From positions 1 to 24,593 of the forward strand of contig CAYFNP010000001.1 of NCBI GenBank assembly GCA_964344425.1: DNA of 24,593 bases, read 5' to 3'. Shown here piece after piece: positions 8,450 through 16,561 of the stretch. The translations under genes and the position numbers were made by a program. The notes beneath the pieces were generated by a model. The model had not been told where the DNA came from and ran no database searches. It saw only the letters and a program-made list of their open reading frames with translations. Positions within the stretch are counted from its first letter, which is position 1; each line of letters starts with the position of its first letter. The DNA is from an uncultured Bifidobacterium sp. Lineage in GTDB: Bacteria; Actinomycetota; Acidimicrobiia; Acidimicrobiales; Ilumatobacteraceae.

Positions 8450-9045
8450 GTCGATTTCTTGCCGACGGATCGCAGTCCGGCCCACGCGAGGGTCGACAAT
8501 TGCTGGCCGATCGAGTCGGGGTCGAATTTCTTTCCGCGTTGGATGAGATAACGCGCCGCACCCTCGCTCATGCCGATCAGCGCGTGCGCGAAGACCCGCT
8601 GCTGTTCGGCATCGACGTCGGCAGCGATCAACGGGGCGATCATCTCGGCCGTGGTCTTCTCGATGCGATTCGACACCGTGGCGAATTCTTCGTCACGACG
8701 GGTACCGCTGCCGAATAACAGCCGGAAGGCGTCGGGGTCGTCCATCACCCAACGGAAGTAGGCGGTGATGCCGGCGGTGGTTTTGTCGCGACCCGAGGGT
8801 GCGGTTTCAGTGGCGAGTCGAATGGCGACGATCATGGATTCGCCGACCGCCTCGAGCGCGGCGATGTAGAGCGCCCGCTTGGATTCGAAGTGCTGGTACA
8901 GAACCGGCTTGGTGACACCGGCTGCGTCGGCCACGTCGTTCATCGACGCGTTGTGGAAACCCTTCTGTGCGAACACGCGCAGAGCAACGCCGAGAATCTG
9001 CTCGCGCCGCTCGGGTGCGGACAGGCGGGGAGAGGTCATGCTCAT
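8446..9045 (-). CDS. TetR-family regulator, resembling M. tuberculosis Rv3208/FasR
   Basis: RLSAPERREQIL...GVTKPVLYQHFESK HTH. The C-terminal GMSEGAARY and AWAGL match my recollection of Rv3208 (GMSVDCARY, AWGGL). Confidence 0.9.
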   Translation of the reverse strand: MSMTSPRLSAPERREQILGVALRVFAQKGFHNASMNDVADAAGVTKPVLYQHFESKRALYIAALEAVGESMIVAIRLATETAPSGRDKTTAGITAYFRWVMDDPDAFRLLFGSGTRRDEEFATVSNRIEKTTAEMIAPLIAADVDAEQQRVFAHALIGMSEGAARYLIQRGKKFDPDSIGQQLSTLAWAGLRSVGKKST

Positions 9046-9344
9046 CGGCCGGCCTCGTTGTCTTCACGCTCGGCGGCCTTGACCGCGTAGCCGAGGACGA
9101 TCGACGGCGCGAGCAGGATCGACCCACCGACCAGTCCGACGGTCATCATCGTCACCATCGCTCCGTTGAACCCGATGGCGAAGGCGAGAACGAAAACCGA
9201 AACGGTGAGCGCGTAGAGCAAGTAGCCGATTCGATTGGCAAGCAGAGACCATCGCGCAACCTGGGCGCGGCGTGCGCGTACGGGGTCGGCGTCGACGGGG
9301 CTCGCCGACGTGCGCGGGGTCGGGGAGGTTTGCCCTGAAGCCAT
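9042..9344 (-). CDS. Small two-TM membrane protein (100 aa), unknown function
   Basis: Real start is ATG 9344 (MASGQTSPTP...) inside the spurious 9042..10388 ORF. Two hydrophobic helices (IGYLLYALTVSVFVLAFAIGF; MMTVGLVGGSILLAPSIVLGYAV). Stop overlaps the tetR ATG (ATGA). Confidence 0.8.
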   Translation of the reverse strand: MASGQTSPTPRTSASPVDADPVRARRAQVARWSLLANRIGYLLYALTVSVFVLAFAIGFNGAMVTMMTVGLVGGSILLAPSIVLGYAVKAAEREDNEAGR

Positions 9345-9356
9345 ACAGTCAAGGGA

Positions 9357-10151
9357 ATGGTAGGGGTGAGCGGACCAAAAGATACGAGCGGAGCCGTGAA
9401 TGGCAGCGGAGCCGTGAATGGCACGGTCAGCCTTGATTGGCACGACGAGCGCGTTGCAGTGATCACGATTCGCCGCCCGCATCGGCGCAACGCCGTCGAC
9501 CTCGACGCGCTGCGTGCTATTCGTTCCCACCAATTGGCCGTCGCTGACCGCGCTCGAGTCGTGGTTCTGACCGGCGAGCCACCGGCCTTCTGTGCCGGCG
9601 CCGACCTGAACGGAGTCGAAGGTGACGAGTTCGCCGACGCTTTGGGCGACGCACTGCGCGGCTTCACGCAATTGCAGTGCGTCACGCTTGCCGCAATCGA
9701 CGGCCCCGCAATGGGGGCGGGGAGCCAACTCGCGCTGTCCTGCGACCTGCGAATGGCGACCGCAACGAGCAGGTTCGGAATTCCGGCCGCGAAACTCGGA
9801 TTGGTGGTCGACAGATGGACCATCGAGCGCGCGGGACACGAATTCGGTTGGCCCGTTGCGCGGCACATGCTGCTCGGTGGCGGCGTCTACACGACGGAGC
9901 AGTTGCATCCGCTCGGCGGCATTCATCGCATCGGCGCGCTCGCCGATGCTCTCGAATGGGCGGAAGAGGTCGCTGAACTCGCTCCGCTGTCGAACGCGGC
10001 ACACAAACACGGCTTTGAAACCGCGATGGCACCGCACCAAGGCGACGCGATCTTCGACGAGATGCGCGCGCGTGCGTGGTCGAGCAACGATGCCCTCGAG
10101 GGTCCGCGCGCATTTCTCGAGAAGCGAAAGCCGCGGTTCTCGGGGAACTGA
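9357..10151 (+). CDS. Crotonase/enoyl-CoA hydratase-like protein, EchA6-type (probably non-catalytic)
   Basis: RRNA, AFCAGADL, GPAMGAGSQLALSCDLR, FGIPAAKLGL, DRW, RIGALADA, LAPL, EKRKPRF. TACAGT-N7-ATG supports the 9357 start; GTG 9396 and GTG 9414 are alternatives. Confidence 0.88.
   Translation: MVGVSGPKDTSGAVNGSGAVNGTVSLDWHDERVAVITIRRPHRRNAVDLDALRAIRSHQLAVADRARVVVLTGEPPAFCAGADLNGVEGDEFADALGDALRGFTQLQCVTLAAIDGPAMGAGSQLALSCDLRMATATSRFGIPAAKLGLVVDRWTIERAGHEFGWPVARHMLLGGGVYTTEQLHPLGGIHRIGALADALEWAEEVAELAPLSNAAHKHGFETAMAPHQGDAIFDEMRARAWSSNDALEGPRAFLEKRKPRFSGN
9387..9422 (+). repeat. Exact 18-bp tandem duplication (AGCGGAGCCGTGAATGGC x2)
   Basis: 9387-9404 equals 9405-9422, in frame (SGAVNG x2). 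AGCGGA also occurs 18 bp earlier (9369-9374). Confidence 0.9.
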
Positions 10152-10161
10152 GACGGCGGCG

Positions 10162-11220
10162 TCAGGTGCTGGCCGGCAGCAGCAGGTTGAGATACCGGTA
10201 CCACCAATAGAGAACGAAGAGGAACGGCAACGCCGTGACGGACCACGCGATCGCAAATGCCGCAACCCGGCCGAAGCGACCACGGGCGAGATGACGTCGC
10301 CACCGTCCGCACGCCCAGCCGATTGCCGCGAGCGCGGCGCCGAGCAGGATGGTTGGCAACACGGCGCCGCGATCGGAAAACCATCCATCGATTTTCACGA
10401 GGCCCGTATCGAAGGGTTCGTCGACCGCGACGTTTTCGGTCGGCGCGAGCGTCGTGCTGGTGATGCTCGTCGTCGGTGAGGTCGTGGTCGTGGGTTTCGA
10501 CGACGTGGGTGGGGAAGTCGTCGACACCGACGATGGCAGCGGTTCTCTTGAAACGAGCTCGGCGGTGACGACGAGACGCTTCGACGTGCTGTACCTGGGG
10601 TGACACGTGATCAGCGTGACCATTGTGCGGTCACCGTCCGGCTGCAGCACCTCGGTGCGTTCGGGTGCGACGATTCGCGAATCGATCACCTCGAAGGTGA
10701 ACTTGCCCGATGTCGTCGTGACGTACACGGGGTCACCCGTGCGCACCTCGTCGAGGTCGGCAAAGGGCGCACCGTAGGTGGTGCGGTGGCCCGCAATCGC
10801 GCTGTTGCCGACCTCTCCCGGTCGCGCGGTGCCCGGGATGTGCCCGGGTCCGTGCCGCAATGCCGAGACCGACACGCCCTCGACGACGATGTCGGCAATG
10901 CCCGCAGCGGGAACCTCGAGCAGCGCGATCGCGGAATTCGGACGGTTGGGTGTCGCGATTGGTGAAACAACCGGCGTTTCGGATCCGGCCGAGCCGCCGG
11001 TCGTATCCGGAACGGATACTGCGGGTGTCGTCGCGATCAACGCGGCGAAGTCGTCGCGCAACGTGGCCTGGGCGCGACGGGTTTCGATGGCCGTGCCCCA
11101 CAATTGATAGGCGACGAGACCAAGGAGCAGCAGGCCGGCGGTGATGCAACCACGGCCCACGAGGCCGAGCAGTCGGTCGACCGAACGACGACTGATACGT
11201 GGTCCGCGCCGCGTTTTCAT
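10162..11220 (-). CDS. Sortase (class E-like) with N-terminal anchor, Thr/Ser-rich linker and extra C-terminal TM helices
   Basis: Catalytic His (AGHRTTYGAPF), Cys (TLITCHP) and Arg (SKRLVV); N-terminal TM; STTSPPTSSKPTTTTSPTT linker; two C-terminal hydrophobic helices. Confidence 0.92.
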   Translation of the reverse strand: MKTRRGPRISRRSVDRLLGLVGRGCITAGLLLLGLVAYQLWGTAIETRRAQATLRDDFAALIATTPAVSVPDTTGGSAGSETPVVSPIATPNRPNSAIALLEVPAAGIADIVVEGVSVSALRHGPGHIPGTARPGEVGNSAIAGHRTTYGAPFADLDEVRTGDPVYVTTTSGKFTFEVIDSRIVAPERTEVLQPDGDRTMVTLITCHPRYSTSKRLVVTAELVSREPLPSSVSTTSPPTSSKPTTTTSPTTSITSTTLAPTENVAVDEPFDTGLVKIDGWFSDRGAVLPTILLGAALAAIGWACGRWRRHLARGRFGRVAAFAIAWSVTALPFLFVLYWWYRYLNLLLPAST

Positions 11221-11273
11221 TCGAATCGCACCCTAGTGGGTCGACTTTGCCGTCAGTCAGTAGCGTCACGGGA

Positions 11274-11936
11274 GTGGAGCAGACATCCGTCATCGACGTG
11301 CGTGATGCGGTCGTGCTGCTCGGAAATTTCCCCGCACTTGCCGAGGCAACGCTGACCGTTCGTTCGGGAGAGTTGTTGTTGGTGCAGGGTCCCAACGGTG
11401 CGGGAAAAACCACACTGTTGCGTTTGTGCGCCGGTCTCGTTCCTCTTGCCCGAGGTGCGGCGCGGGTCATGGGCCACGACGTCGGCACTTCGCGCGACGC
11501 GGTTCGCGCATCGGTTGGCTTCCTCGGTCATGCGAACGGTTTGTACGGCGATCTCACCGCGGCCGAGAACCTCGCGTTTTGGGGTCGGTTGGTCGGTGCA
11601 TCGCGCGGAGAAATCGATTCAGCCGCCGAACGCATGGGCCTTGCGGGACGTCTGCTCGGCATGCAGGTTGGCCGAATGTCGGCGGGGCAGAAGCGGCGAA
11701 CCGCACTCGCGGTGATGGTGGTGCGCCGCGCGGGATTGTGGCTGCTCGACGAACCACATGCCGGACTCGATGCGGCGGGTCGTGACGACATCGACGCCCT
11801 GTTGCGCGACGCGGTTGCTTCCGGTGCAACCGTCGTTGTGGCTTCGCACGAACTGGAACGGGCCGGGGCTCTCGCAACGCGCAGGGTCGAAGTGGTCGGT
11901 GGCAGGGTTCGCGAGATCAACGGGGACGATCAATGA
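11274..11936 (+). CDS. ccmA: Heme export ABC ATPase CcmA
   Basis: GPNGAGKT, MSAGQ signature, LWLLDEP, H-loop ASH; first gene of the ccm operon. Start reassigned to GTG 11274 (TAGCGT-N7-GTG). Confidence 0.88.
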   Translation: MEQTSVIDVRDAVVLLGNFPALAEATLTVRSGELLLVQGPNGAGKTTLLRLCAGLVPLARGAARVMGHDVGTSRDAVRASVGFLGHANGLYGDLTAAENLAFWGRLVGASRGEIDSAAERMGLAGRLLGMQVGRMSAGQKRRTALAVMVVRRAGLWLLDEPHAGLDAAGRDDIDALLRDAVASGATVVVASHELERAGALATRRVEVVGGRVREINGDDQ

Positions 11937-12625
11937 GCGGCCCTTCGACTCTCTCCGTTGCGCGCGCGGTGGCGACCAAGGACCTGCGCGTCGAGTTACG
12001 CAGTCGCGTCATGGTGAACCAGGTCCTTCCGTTCGCCGCGATCATCATGGTTCTCTTCGCGTTTGCACTCGACAACGACGGACTGCTGCAGCGTGTCGCG
12101 CCCGGGCTCGTCTGGATGGCAACACTTTTCACGTTGCTCGTCGTCGTTCAGCGCTCCTTTGCTGTCGAAGCCGAGGACGATGCGATCGTCGCGCTGCGCA
12201 CCGCCGGTATCGCGCCCGAAGGCGTCTATCTCGGCAAGGTTGCTGCTCTTGCGGCCCAACTCTTCGTGTTCGAGGCCGTTCTCGCGGTGCTCGCGCTCGT
12301 TCTCTATCGGGTCAACGTCGACGTGTCGGGCGCTGTGTTGCTGGTCACAACAGCCATCCTCGCTTCCGTCGGACTCGCCGCGCTCGGCGCGGTGTTCGGT
12401 GGGCTGGGGGTCGCGGGTCGGGGTCGCGAAACGCTGCTTCCTCTTCTCTTGTTGCCGGCGGTCGCTCCGTTGCTGATCGGTGCAACCCGGGCAACCGAGG
12501 CTGCGTTCGGGTCGGATGGCGCGACTGTGTCCGAGGGTTGGCCGTGGGTCGGGCTGCTTGCCGTGTGTGGCGCGATCTTCCTGTTTGGTGGAACACTGGG
12601 GTTCGGCCCCCTCACCGACGAGTAG
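11933..12625 (+). CDS. ccmB: Heme exporter permease CcmB
   Basis: About 6 TM helices; KDLRVELRSR, RSFAVEAE...LGK, RETLLPLLLLP; ATGA overlap with ccmA. Confidence 0.9.
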   Translation: MSGPSTLSVARAVATKDLRVELRSRVMVNQVLPFAAIIMVLFAFALDNDGLLQRVAPGLVWMATLFTLLVVVQRSFAVEAEDDAIVALRTAGIAPEGVYLGKVAALAAQLFVFEAVLAVLALVLYRVNVDVSGAVLLVTTAILASVGLAALGAVFGGLGVAGRGRETLLPLLLLPAVAPLLIGATRATEAAFGSDGATVSEGWPWVGLLAVCGAIFLFGGTLGFGPLTDE

Positions 12626-12635
12626 CCGTTCCGCC

Positions 12636-13376
12636 ATGCCAGCCTCCCCGCCGCCGACACGCACCTCCGCGACGCGCAATCTCGGAGCCATCTCGATTGC
12701 CGGCGCTCTCGTTCTGACGGTTCTTGGCCTCTTCGCCACGGCCGAGGACGTCGACCAGGGCAGCAGCGTTCGCATCATGTACGTGCACGTACCCACGGCA
12801 TGGGTCGCCTACCTCGCATTTGTTCTGACGGCCGTGTGTTCGGCTGCTCATCTCTGGGGTCGTCGCCATTCGATTCACCTCGACCGGGTCGCCGGCGCCT
12901 CGGCCGAGGTCGGCGTGATCTTCATGGGCGTCACCCTCGTCACGGGAAGTTTGTGGGGTCGACTGTCGTGGGGGACCTACTGGCAGTGGGACCCGCGTCT
13001 CACGACGACCGCGTTCCTCTTCGTCACCTACGTCGGCTATCTCGCGGTGCGCGGTCTCGGCGGAACCCAACAGCAGCGCGCCCGGCGTTCCGCTGTCGTT
13101 GCTCTTCTTGCGGTTCTCGAAATACCGCTCGTGCACTTCAGCGTCGTCCTATGGCGGTCTCTCCACCAGAAGGCGACCGTCCTGCGTCCGAACGGTGACG
13201 TCACGATGGACGGGCTGATGCTCTTCACGCTGATCTTCGGCGTCGCAGTCTTCACCGCCATTTTCGCGTGGTTGGTTTTGCACCGCAGCCGCGTCCTTGC
13301 GCTGGTCGATGCCGTGGAACTGCGGGGCATCGACGCCGCACTCGAGGCCCGTCGCGCAGAGGAGGCCGTGCGATGA
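12636..13376 (+). CDS. ccmC: Heme delivery protein CcmC
   Basis: YVHVP and VHFSV His ligands flank the WWD domain GSLWGRLSWGTYWQWDPRLTT. Start at ATG 12636. Confidence 0.93.
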   Translation: MPASPPPTRTSATRNLGAISIAGALVLTVLGLFATAEDVDQGSSVRIMYVHVPTAWVAYLAFVLTAVCSAAHLWGRRHSIHLDRVAGASAEVGVIFMGVTLVTGSLWGRLSWGTYWQWDPRLTTTAFLFVTYVGYLAVRGLGGTQQQRARRSAVVALLAVLEIPLVHFSVVLWRSLHQKATVLRPNGDVTMDGLMLFTLIFGVAVFTAIFAWLVLHRSRVLALVDAVELRGIDAALEARRAEEAVR

Positions 13377-13507
13377 AACACGCCGACTTCATCGTCATCA
13401 GTTGGGTTCTTTCTTTCGCGCCGATCGCCTTCTACGCGTGGCGCAATGCTCGGCGTGCACGTCGACTCGATTCACTCGTCAACGCCGAGGACAAGCCGTG
13501 GACCTGA
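13373..13507 (+). CDS. ccmD: CcmD-like small membrane protein (44 aa)
   Basis: MKHADFIVISWVLSFAPIAFYAWRNARRARRLDSLVNAEDKPWT: one N-terminal TM then a basic tail. SD GAGGAGG, ATGA overlap with ccmC, located between ccmC and ccmE. Confidence 0.75.
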   Translation: MKHADFIVISWVLSFAPIAFYAWRNARRARRLDSLVNAEDKPWT

Positions 13508-14004
13508 GCCCACGTCCCACGCCGGTCGGACCCGCGGGGCCTGCCGGCTCGCGTTCGTTGCGCCGTCGGTGGGTCTCGATGGCCATTCTCGGAGCCGTCA
13601 TCGTCGTCGGGGGAGTTGTCGTCACGAAGTTCCTCTCGACGGCAATCGACTATTACTGCAACGTCGACGAGGTCGGAGTGCGCGACGGCTGCGAGGCCGA
13701 CCGTCGACTGCGGGTGCAGGGCACCGTCGACGAGGGCAGCATCAAACAGGCGGCGGGAACCACGACCTTCGTGATCTCGTTCAAGGACGCGCACCTCGAC
13801 GTTCGATACGACGGTGATCCGGGCGGTGTATTCCAGGAGTGCATTCCGGTCGTTGCGCACGGTCGGATGGTGAACGACGTGTTCCTCAGTGATCGCATCG
13901 AAGTGAAGCACTCGAACACCTACGTGGCGAAGAACGAGGGCCGCATGAAGGAAGCGTCCGACGCCTCCGATGCGTGCAATCGTGCATCGTCGGGGAACGG
14001 GTAG
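13498..14004 (+). CDS. ccmE: Heme chaperone CcmE
   Basis: N-terminal TM, RLRVQGTVDEGS, VRYDGDPGGVFQE, and heme-binding VKHSNTY (HxxxY). GTG 13498 start overlaps the ccmD end. Confidence 0.9.
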   Translation: MDLSPRPTPVGPAGPAGSRSLRRRWVSMAILGAVIVVGGVVVTKFLSTAIDYYCNVDEVGVRDGCEADRRLRVQGTVDEGSIKQAAGTTTFVISFKDAHLDVRYDGDPGGVFQECIPVVAHGRMVNDVFLSDRIEVKHSNTYVAKNEGRMKEASDASDACNRASSGNG

Positions 14005-14024
14005 TCGCGTTGACAGGATTCGTC

Positions 14025-16010
14025 GTGCTGGCGAGCGGTCTGGCCGGCCCCGTCGGCCGCGGAACACTTCTCGTGGGCGTCGTCGCCGCCGCATTCGGTG
14101 CCGTCGCTGCAATCACCGCAGCCCGTGAGTCGGCGCGCGGCGAAGTTGTTCGTACAGCACGGCTGGTTCCGCGTTTCGTCGGCCTGGCCTTTCTTGCGTC
14201 GCTCGGGTCGATGGTCGCCATGGAGTGGGCGATGATCACGCGCGACTTCTCGCTTGCCTACGTGCAGGAGCACGGGTCGCGTTCGACCCCGGCGCTCTAC
14301 AACTTCACTGCCGTGTGGAGCGCCCTCGAGGGGTCGATTCTTCTGTGGATCTTCGCGTTGGCACTGTCAGCGGCACTTGTCGTCTGGCGATATCGACGGC
14401 GTCTCGACGATGAACTGATCTCGTGGGCAGTCGCGGTGATCTGCATCGTCATGGTCTTCTTCTTCATTCTCAGCTTCGGACCCGCGAACCCGTTCGCGCA
14501 GGGCGCACCCGGAGTCACCGACGGCCCCGGACCGAATCCTTTGCTGCAGAACCACATCCTCGTTCTGTTCCACCCACCGATCCTCTATCTCGGCTACGTC
14601 GGATTCACGGTGCCGTTCGCATTTGCGATCGCCGCGCTCGTGACCGGTCGTGTCGGCGAGGGCTGGCTGATCGAGACCCGTCGCTGGACCCTGTTCGCGT
14701 GGGGGTTCCTCACCGTCGGCATCATCCTCGGTGGTTGGTGGAGCTACGAGGTGCTCGGCTGGTCGGGGGTGTGGGCGTGGGATCCCGTCGAGAACGCCAG
14801 CTTCCTGCCGTGGTTGACCGCGACGGCCTACATCCACTCGGTACTCGTTCAAGAGCGTCGCGGGATGCTGCGCGTGTGGAACCTGTCGTTGTTGCTCGCC
14901 ACTTTCAGCCTGACGATCCTCGGAACCTTCCTGACCAGGTCCGGTGTCACGCAAAGCGTTCACGCTTTCAGCGAAAGCGACATCGGCACTTATCTGTTGG
15001 TGTTCTTCGGGCTCATCGTCGTGGTGTCCCTCGGGCTGATCGCGCGACGTGGCGATGAACTGCGTTCACCCGGCGCAATCGACTCGCCGGTGTCACGCGA
15101 AGGGGCGTTCCTGGCGAACAATGTCCTCTTCAGCGTCTTCGCATTCGTCGTTCTTCTCGGAACCGTGTTTCCCCTGATCATCGAGGCGCTGCAGAACAGG
15201 CAGATCTCGGTTGCCGAACCGTTCTTCGACAGTCTCTCGACGCCGATCGGCATCGCGATGCTGGCTCTCATGTGCATCGCACCGGTGCTGCCGTGGCGCA
15301 AGGCCTCGGGTGAGTTGCTTCGCGATCGCCTTTTCTGGCCCGCGTGGTGCGGAGTCGTGGCCCTCGTCGTCAGCCTCGCGGTCGGCGCCGACGGACTGGC
15401 CCCGTTGGTCGCTTTCATGTTGGGGGGTTTCGCGTCCGGTGCGGCTCTCCGTCAACTCGTGCTCGCGACGCGACGTCAGGGCTGGCGCGGCCTCGTGGGT
15501 CGGGCGAACGGCGGAATGATCGTGCACATCGGCGTCATCCTCATCGCGGTTGCACTCTCCGCATCGAATTCCTACACGCGGTCGCAAGAGCTCCGCCTCG
15601 TGCAGGGCAAGCCCGCGAACTTCGCCGGCCACACGTTCGAACTCGTCGGCTTCGACGAGGTGAAAGACGACCGCAGCACCGCGGTCAAGGCTCTCGTCGA
15701 AGTCGACGGTGGTCGGGCGTACGCTCCGGCGATCACGAAGTTCACCAACATGGGAATGAACGTCGGCACGCCATCCGTGAAGACGAGCTGGCGGTACGAC
15801 ATCTACCTCACGCTCGAGCCGCCCGTGAAGAAGGATTCGGGTGAGGCGCGGGTCAAGGTTTTCGTCAAACCACTGATCATGTGGTTGTGGATCGGCGGCG
15901 GCTTGATGGCGCTCGGCACCGTGCTCGCCGCGTTCCCGGGGCGGCGTCGCAAACCCACCGATCCGACGTCGGCCCCGATCGTCACCGAACACGCGGGTTC
16001 GGCACCGTGA
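14025..16010 (+). CDS. ccmF: Cytochrome c heme lyase CcmF
   Basis: DFSLAYV, WSALEGSILLW, GPNPLLQNH, HPPILYLGY, WSYEVLGWSGVWAWDPVENASFLPWL, IHS, LTRSG, SVHAF, HIGV. Start GTG 14025 (AGGA 6 nt upstream) is approximate. Confidence 0.95.
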   Translation: MLASGLAGPVGRGTLLVGVVAAAFGAVAAITAARESARGEVVRTARLVPRFVGLAFLASLGSMVAMEWAMITRDFSLAYVQEHGSRSTPALYNFTAVWSALEGSILLWIFALALSAALVVWRYRRRLDDELISWAVAVICIVMVFFFILSFGPANPFAQGAPGVTDGPGPNPLLQNHILVLFHPPILYLGYVGFTVPFAFAIAALVTGRVGEGWLIETRRWTLFAWGFLTVGIILGGWWSYEVLGWSGVWAWDPVENASFLPWLTATAYIHSVLVQERRGMLRVWNLSLLLATFSLTILGTFLTRSGVTQSVHAFSESDIGTYLLVFFGLIVVVSLGLIARRGDELRSPGAIDSPVSREGAFLANNVLFSVFAFVVLLGTVFPLIIEALQNRQISVAEPFFDSLSTPIGIAMLALMCIAPVLPWRKASGELLRDRLFWPAWCGVVALVVSLAVGADGLAPLVAFMLGGFASGAALRQLVLATRRQGWRGLVGRANGGMIVHIGVILIAVALSASNSYTRSQELRLVQGKPANFAGHTFELVGFDEVKDDRSTAVKALVEVDGGRAYAPAITKFTNMGMNVGTPSVKTSWRYDIYLTLEPPVKKDSGEARVKVFVKPLIMWLWIGGGLMALGTVLAAFPGRRRKPTDPTSAPIVTEHAGSAP

Positions 16011-16561
16011 CGCAGCGTCCGCGCCTTGCGCGTCGAGTCGTTCCCGTCGTCGCGGTCGTGCTCGCCGCATTCTTCGTGGTGCTCGCCGTGGCCAAGCCGC
16101 GCGGCGACTCCGACGCTTCGTCACCGCTGATCGGCCAGGCGGCACCGGCGGTCGTGTCGACGTTGGTCGGTGGGGGAGAATTCGACCTGGCTCGCCGCAA
16201 AGGGTCGTGGGTCGTTCTCAACTTCTTCAACAGCACCTGTGTCCCGTGCCGGAACGAGCATTCGCAACTGGTCACGTTCGCAAAAGAGCAGGACGGTCTC
16301 GACGGTGGAGCCGAGCTCGTCACGATCGTGAACGACGACACCGACGAGGCGATCACGGCATTTTTCGGACAGAACGGCGGGGACTGGCCGAAGGTCCGTG
16401 ACCCCGACGGCATCATCGCCGTGTCGTTCGGAGTGGCGAAAGTCCCCGAGACGTGGGTCGTCGACCCGGCCGGCTTCGTTCGCATGCGCATCGTGGGTGA
16501 AACCACTGCGGAATTCCTGTCGACCCGGATCGCGGTCATGAGCGGGGAGCAGTCGCGATGA
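16007..16561 (+). CDS. ccmG: Thioredoxin-like thiol:disulfide oxidoreductase CcmG/TlpA
   Basis: N-terminal TM, VLNFFNSTCVPC (CxxC) and GVAKVPETWVVD (cis-Pro). GTGA overlap with ccmF. Confidence 0.85.
   Translation: MTQRPRLARRVVPVVAVVLAAFFVVLAVAKPRGDSDASSPLIGQAAPAVVSTLVGGGEFDLARRKGSWVVLNFFNSTCVPCRNEHSQLVTFAKEQDGLDGGAELVTIVNDDTDEAITAFFGQNGGDWPKVRDPDGIIAVSFGVAKVPETWVVDPAGFVRMRIVGETTAEFLSTRIAVMSGEQSR

Noticed and set aside
9345-10388. 5' part of the 448-aa minus ORF 9042..10388
   Set aside because: Antisense to the echA6-like gene; only the last 100 codons (from ATG 9344) look like a real membrane protein.
10420-10560. ACG/GTC-rich repetitive DNA as a CRISPR or tandem repeat
   Set aside because: It is simply the coding sequence of the sortase Thr/Ser-rich linker, with no fixed repeat-spacer units.
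13498-14004. Variant System I* CcmE (CxxxY)
   Set aside because: The heme-attachment motif is HSNTY (HxxxY), and CcmH/CcmG are present.
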